NCBI GenBank assembly: GCA_031178565.1
Contig: JAPSIU010000002.1
Span: 1 to 38,163 of the forward strand
Direction of reading: 5' to 3'
Source: Leucobacter sp.
GTDB taxonomy: Bacteria > Actinomycetota > Actinomycetes > Actinomycetales > Microbacteriaceae
DNA: 38,163 nt
In this document: positions 25,319 through 33,839 of the stretch, in pieces
How the letters are laid out: every line of letters begins with the position of its first letter
Position numbering within the stretch: position 1 is the first letter of the stretch
The notes under the pieces: generated by a model
Databases searched by the model: none
What the model saw: the letters and a program-made list of their open reading frames with translations, nothing else
What the model was told of the DNA's origin: nothing
Translations under genes and position numbers: made by a program

Positions 25319-26056
25319 TCACAGCCGCCGCAGCACGTTGAAGGCGATGTCGCTCCCCCGGTGATAGTCCGTCGCGTACACGACGGGGACGCCCTCTGCG
25401 GTCACGGACGTCTCGGTGACGAGCAGCCACGGGTCGTACTCCCCCAGCGAATAGCGTTCGGCGTAGGGCTCGGGCACGTTGACCGCGCTGATGCGCGCCG
25501 TGGACGACACCGGGGCGTGCCCCTGCAGTTCGAGCGCGCGCGAGAGCGATCCGCTCCAGTCGCGGTGCGCGACCGGTCCGGGCAGCATGGACCGCGGTAC
25601 GGTGCTGATGCTGAACACGAGGGGCCGCTCGTCGCCCAGCCTGAGACGCACGATCCGCAGGACGGGGTCCCCTTCCGCGAGCTGCAGATGCCGCGCCACG
25701 ACGGGTTCCGCGGGGACCTCTGCCACGTCGAGCACGACGTTGCTCACCTCGTAGCCGAGACCCTCGAGCATGTCTGTGATGCTCTCGTACTTGGTGACGG
25801 GTCGCTCGACGCGCAGCGAGCCTATCGCCGAGAGGAAGCGCCCCTTGCCCTGGACGGCGCGCAGCAGCCCCTCCTGCTCGAGTGTGCGAAGCGCCTCCCG
25901 GATCGTCGAGCGCGAGATGCCGAGCCTGTCGGCGAGCTCTTGCTCGGTCGGCAGACGGTCTCCCGGCACGAGGCCGTCGCTCGAGACGATGGCGAGGATC
26001 TCATCACGCAGACGATCGACGGTCGACCGCGCCCGAGAAGTAGGATGACTGGGCAT
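25319..26056 (-). CDS. GntR family (HutC/UTRA) regulator, paralogue of 19118..19867
   Basis: PGDRLPTEQELADRLGISRSTIREAL; shares SAIGSLxVERPVTxYESIT and HRDWSGSL with the first GntR. Confidence 0.93.
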   Translation of the reverse strand: MPSHPTSRARSTVDRLRDEILAIVSSDGLVPGDRLPTEQELADRLGISRSTIREALRTLEQEGLLRAVQGKGRFLSAIGSLRVERPVTKYESITDMLEGLGYEVSNVVLDVAEVPAEPVVARHLQLAEGDPVLRIVRLRLGDERPLVFSISTVPRSMLPGPVAHRDWSGSLSRALELQGHAPVSSTARISAVNVPEPYAERYSLGEYDPWLLVTETSVTAEGVPVVYATDYHRGSDIAFNVLRRL

Positions 26057-26157
26057 GTCGTTTCACACCTTTCGCAGGAGTCGGACAAATTTCGACTCCT
26101 CGATCGAGGATAGCCCAGATGCGGAGTGCTCTCAGCTCGCGGGCGGCGCCGCAGCCT

Positions 26158-29100
26158 CTACCCCTCGAGCAGCTCGTCGAGCCCCGGCACGGGGATCGCG
26201 AGGCCGTGACGGTGCGCCCGCGCGGAGATCGACTGCTCCCTGAGCAGCGTGAGGAGCTCGACCGGGCCGGCCATGGTGACGGGCTCGGCCCAGAGCGCGG
26301 CGCGATCCGCGCCGCCCATCCACTCCGCCGATCGCACCCGGTCCCCGCCGATCAGCCTGACCCTCGATGCGACGACCCCGTCCGCTCCGACCGGGCCGGA
26401 TACCGCGAGTCGCTCCATCCAGTCGTCGTCCCGCTCGAGCGACACCTCGATCCCCTGCTTGGCGAGGAAGGCCGAGACCTCCGGCGGCGGGACCTCGCCC
26501 GTCGACACCGATACGTGCGCGCGCACGAGCAGCGCGGCGGCGAGCACCCGGATCAGGGCGACGAGCGGCGCTCCCTCGGCAAGCCTCAAGTGGGTCGTGA
26601 CGGGGCGGTAGCGCATCGCGTTGCGCTCGATCCCGAGCCCGATCTCATCGCGGACGACGCCGAACGAGGTCCGCCACGCGAGTGCATCGGCGAGAGCCGC
26701 ACGCCGCACGCCGTCGAACTCCTCGTAGTCGAGGCACGCCTGCGCCGCCTCGATGAGCAGCTGCACCTCGGGATCGAGCCCGCGCAGGTGCAGGGTCTCG
26801 CTCCGCGTCCCCTCGCGCGGCTCCCACGACCCCAGCGAGAGCAGCCAGTTGGGACCGCCGCTCAGAGCCGGCAGGCCCATGACGGCGTCGTTCCATCCGC
26901 CGCCGGGTTGACGCTCGACGCGGGCGGCGGTGGTCGGACGGTTCAGCGACAGGGCCGCGGCCTCGACGCCGTCGAGCCAGGCGAGGATCTCGTCGGGATC
27001 GCTCGCCTGCAGACCCGCCACCGCACCGCTGCCCGCGGCGTTCTGCATCGCGAGCGCCTCGGTGAAGGTGTGGGCGTGCACGAGGCCGATGACGGGGAGC
27101 CCCCGCGAATCGGACCAGAACGTCGAGGACGGGGACACGCCGATCCGCACTCCGGGGGTCCACAGCAGCCCCTCGTCGTCCAGCTGCCGAGGCTGCACCA
27201 GCCACTCCTCGCCGCGGCCGAGCTCGGTCAGTGCGCGCAGCCCGACCTCGTCGGGCGGCACCGGGAGCGGCCCGACATCGAAGCCGAGCGCGTCGGCTCC
27301 GCCCGGTCGCGCCGTACTGCCCACCCGTAGGGCTCGCACGGCGTCCGCGAGCCCCTCGCGGAATCGCTTCGAGCGCCCGACCCCGCCGAGCAGGATGGCG
27401 ATGTGCGCGGCGCGGGGGTGGGATCCGGCGCCGCGCAGCGCCGAGGCGACGATGTCCTCGATCGCCCGGTCCAGATCGGCGGAGGGTGTGACGAGCAGCG
27501 AGCCGCGGGCCCGGAACCGCCCCTCGATGCGGAGGCCGGGTCGCCAGCGCAGGAGCTCCCGCGCGGTGGCGCGATCGCCGAGCACGACGGCCCGGTCGAT
27601 GTCGGGATTCGCCGCGAGCGCTTCCAACGTGCGCCCCCGGATCACGGGCTCGAGGCGCACCGCGCCCGTCGGCAGCCCGCCGACCTCCCACTCCTCCAGA
27701 AGCACTGCCGCCGATCGATGCAGCCGCTGCGGCACCGACCACAGCACCGCGCTCCCCGCCGCCAGGCCGGCGAGCACCGCCCCCGCCTGCTCGGAGAGCG
27801 GCGTCGCGCCATCCGCCGCGACGAGCACGAGCCGATCCGGCACGAAAGCGGCTCCCCGCACCGCCGCGAGCCCCTCGGCCAGCTGCCCGCAGTACCGCGC
27901 GGCGTCGACGATGTCGTTGACCTCGGCGTCGAGATCCGCGACGGGGGCCGCGGTGTCGAGCGCCAGCGCTTGCAGCAGACGGTCCCGTGCGGCGACGACC
28001 GCGAGGGCGGCACGGCGGAGCCGCACGGCGCGGATCCGATGCGGCTGCTCGGTCCACCGCTTCCCGGCCTCACGCGCCGACCGGGCGGCGGCCTCCGGGT
28101 CGAGGTCTGCGGGCGACAGCGCGACGGTGTCGTTCGCGCGCTCCCGCTCCTCGGCCTCGTCGGACGCGCGCCTCAGCAGCTCGCGCGCCCAGTCGCGGTT
28201 GGCGTGGACGGTCGCGTCGGTCTCCGGCTCGTTCGCGAACCCCGAGGCCGAGACGACGGGGATCGCGCGCGGCGGAGCGAGCGCCTCGAGCCTGAGCTCG
28301 CCCGTCGAACCGCGGCTGAGCCCGAGCACGGCCGCGGTGAGGCCGCCGGTCTCGAAGCGCTGCGGCTCCTCCGGCGGCCGATAGAAGAGTGCGCTGTCGC
28401 GCTCGCTCGGATCCCACTCCCGGGCCCGGTGCTGTGTGCGGTGAGAGACCGGCGCCGGTTCCGCCGCCCAGGCCGCGGCCGCGCGGAACGCGGCGCACTC
28501 ACTCGCGAACGCATCGGGATCGGACTCGTCCGCCGTCCCGGAATCCGTCCCCGGATCCGCCTCGAGCGCCCGCTCCCACCGGGAGATGACGGATTCGCTG
28601 TCGGCCGCCTCCGCCGCGAAGCCGACGAGCAGGTCGACCGCGCCCGCGAACTCGTTCGGCGCGATCACCGGCACGGAGACGCGCACCTCCCGGTGATCGG
28701 ACACGATGCCCTCCGCGAGCCCCGGGGCCGCGCCGCTCCGCAGCCGCACCGCGTAGAGGTCCCGCGATCCGAGCTTCGCGGCGAGCTCGGCGGCGGCGAG
28801 CACGAAGACGTCCTCGCTGGCGAGCACGGGCCGCAGCACGGCCGCACGACCGGGGTGCAGGACGAGCTCGACGAGCCGGAGGAGCTGCGCCGTCACCGCG
28901 ACGGGATCCTCGATCACGGGAACCGCGAGTCCGCTCCGGATCGACGCGATCCGCTCCTGGCCCGCCACCCCTGCGCAGCCGACGGTCACCTCGGCGGGAG
29001 CCCCGCCCTCGGCCACGCGGCGCTGCGCCCACCGGCTCAGCCGGTCGTAGTGCTCGCGGGACTCCGGCAGCTCGGCGAGCAGGCGCAGACCCACCCGTGC

Positions 29101-29877
29101 ACGGTCGAGCGCGGGATCCGCGAGCGCGTGCAGCAGGATGTCCGGGGCGGATCTCGCCCACCGCACGCTCCCGGGTTCGAGGTGAATCGTCGTGTCGTGG
29201 GCGATTCCGGCCTCGAGGATCGGACGGAGCGCCCGAGCCGCCCGCGGAACGTCCTCCTCGGCCGACCAGTCGCTTCCACCGGGTGCGATCCGTGCCGGAT
29301 CCACGACGAGGTGCTTCACCTGCGGGTGCCCCGCGAGGCTCACGAGCCGTGCGATCTCCCCCGCCGCGCCGTCCGGCCCGTGGATCTCCTCGCCGAGCGG
29401 GACGACGACGGGAAGCACCCCCGCCTCCGAGTGCCGCCGCAGGGCCTCCGAGAGCCGGCTCAGCCTCCCGGGCGGGCCGTCGCCAGTCGGGAGCTTCGCC
29501 GCGAGGACGAGGTGGGACACGCGGTCGCGCATCCACCGCCTGGCCACCGGCATGACCGCCCACGGCAGTCCGAGCGACGCCACACCGCCCGCCCGCACGG
29601 CGAGACGATCGCGCACGGGCATCGATCGCGGAACCTCCTGCGCGATGTCGCGCAGCCCCATCGCCGACGCGAACGCGTCCTGCGTCCCGCCGACGAGTTC
29701 CAGCAGCCGCCGCGTGAACTCGAAGCTCTCCGGATCCCGCTGCATGCCGCCGAGCAGCCCGATACCGGAGGCGCCGTCGTCTCCGCGCGCTCCCGCGATC
29801 CAGGCGGCGACGCGCGACTCGACGTCGCCGGTCACGCCGTCCCAGACCGTGCCCGTGACGATGCGTTCTTCAGCCAT
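26158..29877 (-). CDS. PutA-like (proline dehydrogenase + P5C dehydrogenase architecture) protein with degenerate catalytic motifs
   Basis: Collinear with actinobacterial PutA: GFANEPETD, VTPSADLDRAIEDIVASA, LTELGRGEEWLVQPRQLD, NRPTTAARVERQPGGGW, GGPNWL, GIERNAMRYRP, ELLTLLREQSISARAHRHG. TACAGT 6 nt before ATG 29877. Confidence 0.85.
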   Translation of the reverse strand: MAEERIVTGTVWDGVTGDVESRVAAWIAGARGDDGASGIGLLGGMQRDPESFEFTRRLLELVGGTQDAFASAMGLRDIAQEVPRSMPVRDRLAVRAGGVASLGLPWAVMPVARRWMRDRVSHLVLAAKLPTGDGPPGRLSRLSEALRRHSEAGVLPVVVPLGEEIHGPDGAAGEIARLVSLAGHPQVKHLVVDPARIAPGGSDWSAEEDVPRAARALRPILEAGIAHDTTIHLEPGSVRWARSAPDILLHALADPALDRARVGLRLLAELPESREHYDRLSRWAQRRVAEGGAPAEVTVGCAGVAGQERIASIRSGLAVPVIEDPVAVTAQLLRLVELVLHPGRAAVLRPVLASEDVFVLAAAELAAKLGSRDLYAVRLRSGAAPGLAEGIVSDHREVRVSVPVIAPNEFAGAVDLLVGFAAEAADSESVISRWERALEADPGTDSGTADESDPDAFASECAAFRAAAAWAAEPAPVSHRTQHRAREWDPSERDSALFYRPPEEPQRFETGGLTAAVLGLSRGSTGELRLEALAPPRAIPVVSASGFANEPETDATVHANRDWARELLRRASDEAEERERANDTVALSPADLDPEAAARSAREAGKRWTEQPHRIRAVRLRRAALAVVAARDRLLQALALDTAAPVADLDAEVNDIVDAARYCGQLAEGLAAVRGAAFVPDRLVLVAADGATPLSEQAGAVLAGLAAGSAVLWSVPQRLHRSAAVLLEEWEVGGLPTGAVRLEPVIRGRTLEALAANPDIDRAVVLGDRATARELLRWRPGLRIEGRFRARGSLLVTPSADLDRAIEDIVASALRGAGSHPRAAHIAILLGGVGRSKRFREGLADAVRALRVGSTARPGGADALGFDVGPLPVPPDEVGLRALTELGRGEEWLVQPRQLDDEGLLWTPGVRIGVSPSSTFWSDSRGLPVIGLVHAHTFTEALAMQNAAGSGAVAGLQASDPDEILAWLDGVEAAALSLNRPTTAARVERQPGGGWNDAVMGLPALSGGPNWLLSLGSWEPREGTRSETLHLRGLDPEVQLLIEAAQACLDYEEFDGVRRAALADALAWRTSFGVVRDEIGLGIERNAMRYRPVTTHLRLAEGAPLVALIRVLAAALLVRAHVSVSTGEVPPPEVSAFLAKQGIEVSLERDDDWMERLAVSGPVGADGVVASRVRLIGGDRVRSAEWMGGADRAALWAEPVTMAGPVELLTLLREQSISARAHRHGLAIPVPGLDELLEG

Positions 29878-29933
29878 GTGCCCACTGTAGGACGCGTGCC
29901 CGGGAACTTCCGTGAGGCGCACGGCACCCCCGG

Positions 29934-30725
29934 TTACGCCAGCAGCGCCCGATCGTCGAGCTGCGCGCCCTTGATCTTGCCGAACTCCTCGAGCAGCCCC
30001 GCGACCGTCAGCCGCTTCTTGCGCGCCTCGTCCGCCTCGAAGACGATGCTGCCCTCGTGCATCATGATCAGCCGATTGCCGAGCCGCAGCGCCTGCTCCA
30101 TGTTGTGCGTCACCATCAGCGTCGTCAGCCCGCCCTGCGCCACGATCCGGTCGGTGAGCTCCGTCACGAGCGCTGCGCGCTGCGGATCGAGCGCCGCCGT
30201 GTGCTCGTCGAGCAGCAGGATGCTGGGGTGGGTGAATCCCGCCATGAGCAGCGAGAGCGCCTGGCGCTGACCGCCCGAGAGGAGGCCGACCTTCGCGGTC
30301 AGACGATTCTCGAGACCCAGCTCGAGCGAGGTGAGCTCCTCGCGGAAGCGCTCCCGCAGCGAGCGGCTGAGCGCCAGGCCGAGACCGCGCGGCTTGCCGC
30401 GGCGCACGGCGAGGGACAGGTTCTGCTCGATCGTGAGATCCGGCGCCGTCCCGGCCATCGGATCCTGGAACACCCGCCCGATGTACTTCGCGCGCTGGTG
30501 CTCCTTCAGCCGGTTGACCCGCTGGCCGTCGATCTCGATCGTGCCCGAGTCGACGGTGTAGCGGCCGGAGATCGCGTTGAGCAGCGTCGACTTGCCCGCG
30601 CCGTTCGAGCCGATCACCGTGACGAAGTCGCCCTCGTCGAGCGTCAGGCTGAGCTCGGCGAGCGCTCGGCGCTCGTTGACGGTGCCGGGGAAGAAGGTCT
30701 TCTCGATCCTGTCGATGGAGAGCAT
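29934..30725 (-). CDS. ABC transporter ATP-binding protein (copy B)
   Basis: GSNGAGKST, VFQDPMAGTA, LSGGQRQ, LDEHTAALDP. Confidence 0.95.
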   Translation of the reverse strand: MLSIDRIEKTFFPGTVNERRALAELSLTLDEGDFVTVIGSNGAGKSTLLNAISGRYTVDSGTIEIDGQRVNRLKEHQRAKYIGRVFQDPMAGTAPDLTIEQNLSLAVRRGKPRGLGLALSRSLRERFREELTSLELGLENRLTAKVGLLSGGQRQALSLLMAGFTHPSILLLDEHTAALDPQRAALVTELTDRIVAQGGLTTLMVTHNMEQALRLGNRLIMMHEGSIVFEADEARKKRLTVAGLLEEFGKIKGAQLDDRALLA

Positions 30726-30729
30726 GCGA

Positions 30730-31719
30730 CTACCTCCCGGTGTTCTCGGTCGCGGGTCCCGAAGCGGCTGCGGCGGGAGCCACCGCGGCCGCGGGATCGA
30801 CGTCCCGCGGTGGCACCTTGCCGCCCCGCCCCCGCAGCGACGGCACGCGCTTCAGGAAACCCCACCGCGGCAGCAGCAGGGCCGCCACGACGAGCACGGC
30901 CGTCACGAGCTTCATGTCGTTGGGGTCGAGCCCGGCCCGCATGGCGAAGAAGATGATGAGGCGGTAGAGCACCGCGCCGAAGATGACGGCGAGGCTCGCG
31001 ACCCAGATGAAGCGCTGGCCCAGGATGGCCTGGCCGAGGATGACCGAGGCGAGGCCGACGAGGATCAGGCCGATGCCCATGCTGATGTCGGCGAATCCCT
31101 GGTACTGCGCGACGAGGGCCCCGCAGAGGCCGACGAAGCCGTTGGAGATCGCGAGCGTGAGGATCGTCGTGCGGTCGGTGCTGACTCCGAAGCTGCGGAT
31201 CATCGGACCGTTGTCGCCGGTCGCCTGGATCGCGAGGCCGAGGTTCGTGGACAGGAACCAGTCGACCGCGAGCTTGAGCACGAGCACGACGACCGCGATG
31301 ATCCCGACGCCGCCCCAGGTGCCGAGCAGCTCGGCCTCCCGCAGCGGCGTGAAGGCCGTCTCGGCGCGCAGCAGCGGGAGGTTCGCGGCGACCGCAGCGC
31401 CGTCCTTCGCGGTGCCCATGATGCGCAGGTTGATGGACCACAGCGCGATCATGGTCAGGATCCCCGCGAGCAGTCCATCGATCCGGCCCTTCGTGTGCAG
31501 AAGGCCGGTCACGATGCCGGCGAGCAGCCCCGCCCCGCCCCCGGCGAGGGTGGCGAGGACGGGGCTCTGTCCGTTGGTGATCAGCGCGGCCGCGACCGCG
31601 GCGCCGGTCGTGAAGCTGCCGTCGACCGTGAGGTCGGGGAAGTTCAGCACCCGGAAGGTGAGGTACACGCCGAGGGCCATCACCCCGTAGATGAGACCGA
31701 GTTCGAGCGCGCCGATCAT
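30730..31719 (-). CDS. ABC transporter permease (copy B)
   Basis: FRVLNFPDLTVDGSF, LLAGILTMIALWSINLRIM, QYQGFADISMG. Confidence 0.95.
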   Translation of the reverse strand: MIGALELGLIYGVMALGVYLTFRVLNFPDLTVDGSFTTGAAVAAALITNGQSPVLATLAGGGAGLLAGIVTGLLHTKGRIDGLLAGILTMIALWSINLRIMGTAKDGAAVAANLPLLRAETAFTPLREAELLGTWGGVGIIAVVVLVLKLAVDWFLSTNLGLAIQATGDNGPMIRSFGVSTDRTTILTLAISNGFVGLCGALVAQYQGFADISMGIGLILVGLASVILGQAILGQRFIWVASLAVIFGAVLYRLIIFFAMRAGLDPNDMKLVTAVLVVAALLLPRWGFLKRVPSLRGRGGKVPPRDVDPAAAVAPAAAASGPATENTGR

Positions 31720-31751
31720 GCGGTTGTCATTCCTTCAGTGGGAGGGATCGA

Positions 31752-32756
31752 TTACTCGACGGTGGTCGCCTGGTCGAGGATCTCCTGCGGGATCTCGACG
31801 CCCATGCGCTCCGCGGCGCCCGGGTTGACCACGTAGGCCAGCTCCTCCGCGAACTGAACGGGGGTCGATGCGGGATCGGCGCCCTCGAGGATCTCGATCG
31901 CCATCTCGCCGGTCTGGCGCCCGAGCTCGGTGTAGTCGATCCCGAGGGTGGCGATCGCGCCGCCCTCGACGGTGCCGGACTCGGCGCCGATGACCGGGAT
32001 CTGCTTCTCCTCCGCGACCTGGATCAGCGACGAGATGCCCGACACGACCATGTTGTCGGTCGGCACGTAGATCGCGTCGACGTCTCCGAGCGCGTCGGCG
32101 GCCTGGGCGATGTCGTTGGCGGTCGTGACGGTCTTGGTCACGATCTCGAGGTCGAGATCCTGCGCGACCTCCTGAGCCGCCTTCACCTGCACCTCGGAGT
32201 TCACCTCGCCCGAGGCGTAGACGATGCCGACCCGCTTCGCGTCGGGCACGATCTCCTTGAGCAGCTCGAACTGGCCGGTGAGCGCCTCGTCGGGAACCGC
32301 ATCGCTCGTGCCGGTGATGTTGCCGCCCGGCGCTTCGTTCGATTCGACGAGCTCGGCCGAGACGGCGTCGGTGACGGCCGTGAACAGCACCGGCTTGTCG
32401 GTGATCGCCTGCGCGGCGGCCTGCGCGGCCGGCGTCGCGACCGTGAGGACCAGATCGACGTCCGAACTCGCGAAGTTCTGCGCGATCGACACGGCGTTCG
32501 CCTGCTCGCCGTTCGCGTTCTGCAGGTCGAACTCCACGGTCTCGCCGTCGACGTAGCCGGCGTCGATGAAGGCCTGCTGGAAGCCCTCGGTCGCGGCGTC
32601 GAGCGCGGGGTGCTGCACGAGCTGGCTGATGCCGATGCTCACCTTCTCGGGCCCCTCGCCGTCCGAGGCGGAGGAGCACGCGCTGAACGTGAGCGCGGCG
32701 ACGGCGGTGAGGCTCGCCGCGGCGAGCGCACGGCGGCGGAACGAGGTCTGTCGCAT
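31752..32756 (-). CDS. ABC substrate-binding lipoprotein, ABC_sub_bind (Trp/Tyr/Phe-binding type) (copy B)
   Basis: Lipobox FSAC, QLVQHPALD, AVTDA, NITGTSD, EVNS, PTDN. RBS AAGGA. Confidence 0.9.
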   Translation of the reverse strand: MRQTSFRRRALAAASLTAVAALTFSACSSASDGEGPEKVSIGISQLVQHPALDAATEGFQQAFIDAGYVDGETVEFDLQNANGEQANAVSIAQNFASSDVDLVLTVATPAAQAAAQAITDKPVLFTAVTDAVSAELVESNEAPGGNITGTSDAVPDEALTGQFELLKEIVPDAKRVGIVYASGEVNSEVQVKAAQEVAQDLDLEIVTKTVTTANDIAQAADALGDVDAIYVPTDNMVVSGISSLIQVAEEKQIPVIGAESGTVEGGAIATLGIDYTELGRQTGEMAIEILEGADPASTPVQFAEELAYVVNPGAAERMGVEIPQEILDQATTVE

Positions 32757-32814
32757 GTGTATCGGGTCCTTAGCAGTGTCTACCCGCCGCGGCCAGCGCC
32801 CCGGCGAACTGAGA

Positions 32815-32837
32815 AATCGGCGCGAAAAGCGCCGATT
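32815..32837. other. 9-bp perfect inverted repeat in leader of ABC copy B
   Basis: aatcggcgc-gaaaa-gcgccgatt, just downstream of a minus-strand TACCAT hexamer. Confidence 0.45.
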
Positions 32838-32964
32838 CAAGCATGGTAGACCGCTGCGCCCGAGTTCGCACACACGGGGGCGGCTTCGTGATGGAGCCGT
32901 TGCGTTCCGTGAGGCGTCGGCGGCCTCGGTCTGCGCCGCGACGTTCGGGCAGCCTCCGCCCGCA

Positions 32965-33006
32965 CGACACGCCGCGCCCGACACGCCGCGACCGACACGC
33001 CGCGGG
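32965..33006. repeat. 14-bp tandem repeat CGACACGCCGCGNN x3
   Basis: cgacacgccgcgcc cgacacgccgcgac cgacacgccgcggg. Confidence 0.75.
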
Positions 33007-33032
33007 CGGCCCCGGACCGCGAGGCCGCCCGC
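33002..33032 (-). terminator. Hairpin after ABC copy A
   Basis: gcgggcggcc ... ggccgcccgc. Confidence 0.55.
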
Positions 33033-33040
33033 TCGCCGCG

Positions 33041-33832
33041 CTACGCCAGCAGCGCCCGGTCGTCGAAGCTCGCGCCCTTGATCTTCGCGAACTCCGCGAG
33101 CAGCAGGGGCACGGTGAGGCTCTGCTTCTCCTCGGCGGACGCCTGGAACACGATGCGGCCCTCATGCATCATGATCAGCCGGTTGCCGAGCTTCAGCGCC
33201 TGCTCCATGTTGTGCGTCACCATGAGGGTGGTGAGGCCGCCCTGCGCCACGATCCGCTCGGTGAGTTCCGTCACGAGCGCCGCCCGCTGCGGATCGAGCG
33301 CCGCCGTGTGCTCGTCGAGCAGCAGGATCCGCGGCTGCGTGAAGCCCGCCATCAGCAGGGAGAGCGCTTGGCGCTGACCGCCCGAGAGAAGCCCGACCTT
33401 CGCGGTCAGACGGTTCTCGAGACCCAGTTCGAGCGACTTCAGCTCTTCGGTGAAGAGCTCGCGACGAGCCCTCGTGATCCCGAACCCGAGGCCGCGGGTC
33501 TTCCCCCGCTGCAGCGCGAGCGACAGATTCTGCTCGATCGTGAGATCCGGCGCCGTGCCGGCCATCGGGTCCTGGAAGACGCGCCCGACGTAGCGGGCCC
33601 TCCGGTACTCCTTCAGCTTCGACACGGGTGTGCCGTCGATCGAGAGCTCGCCCGAGTCGACCGTGTACCGGCCGGCGACCGCGTTGAGCAGCGTCGACTT
33701 GCCCGCGCCGTTCGATCCGATCACCGTGACGAAGTCGCCCTCGTCGAGCTTCAGGCTCAGGTCGACGAGCGCCTTGCGCTCGTTGATCGTTCCCGCGAAG
33801 AAGGTCTTGGAGATGTGTTCGATGTTCAGCAT
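33041..33832 (-). CDS. ABC transporter ATP-binding protein (copy A)
   Basis: Same motifs and same 263-aa length as copy B. Confidence 0.95.
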   Translation of the reverse strand: MLNIEHISKTFFAGTINERKALVDLSLKLDEGDFVTVIGSNGAGKSTLLNAVAGRYTVDSGELSIDGTPVSKLKEYRRARYVGRVFQDPMAGTAPDLTIEQNLSLALQRGKTRGLGFGITRARRELFTEELKSLELGLENRLTAKVGLLSGGQRQALSLLMAGFTQPRILLLDEHTAALDPQRAALVTELTERIVAQGGLTTLMVTHNMEQALKLGNRLIMMHEGRIVFQASAEEKQSLTVPLLLAEFAKIKGASFDDRALLA

Positions 33833-33839
33833 GGTGCGC

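Noticed and set aside
26158-29877. Calling the gene a functional putA or a pseudogene
   Set aside because: Catalytic motifs are missing, so functional putA is unsupported. The ORF is intact without stops or frameshifts, so pseudogene is also unsupported.
27403-30270. 955-aa plus-strand ORF
   Set aside because: Antisense shadow of the putA-like and ATPase genes, caused by GC3 bias. No recognisable motifs.
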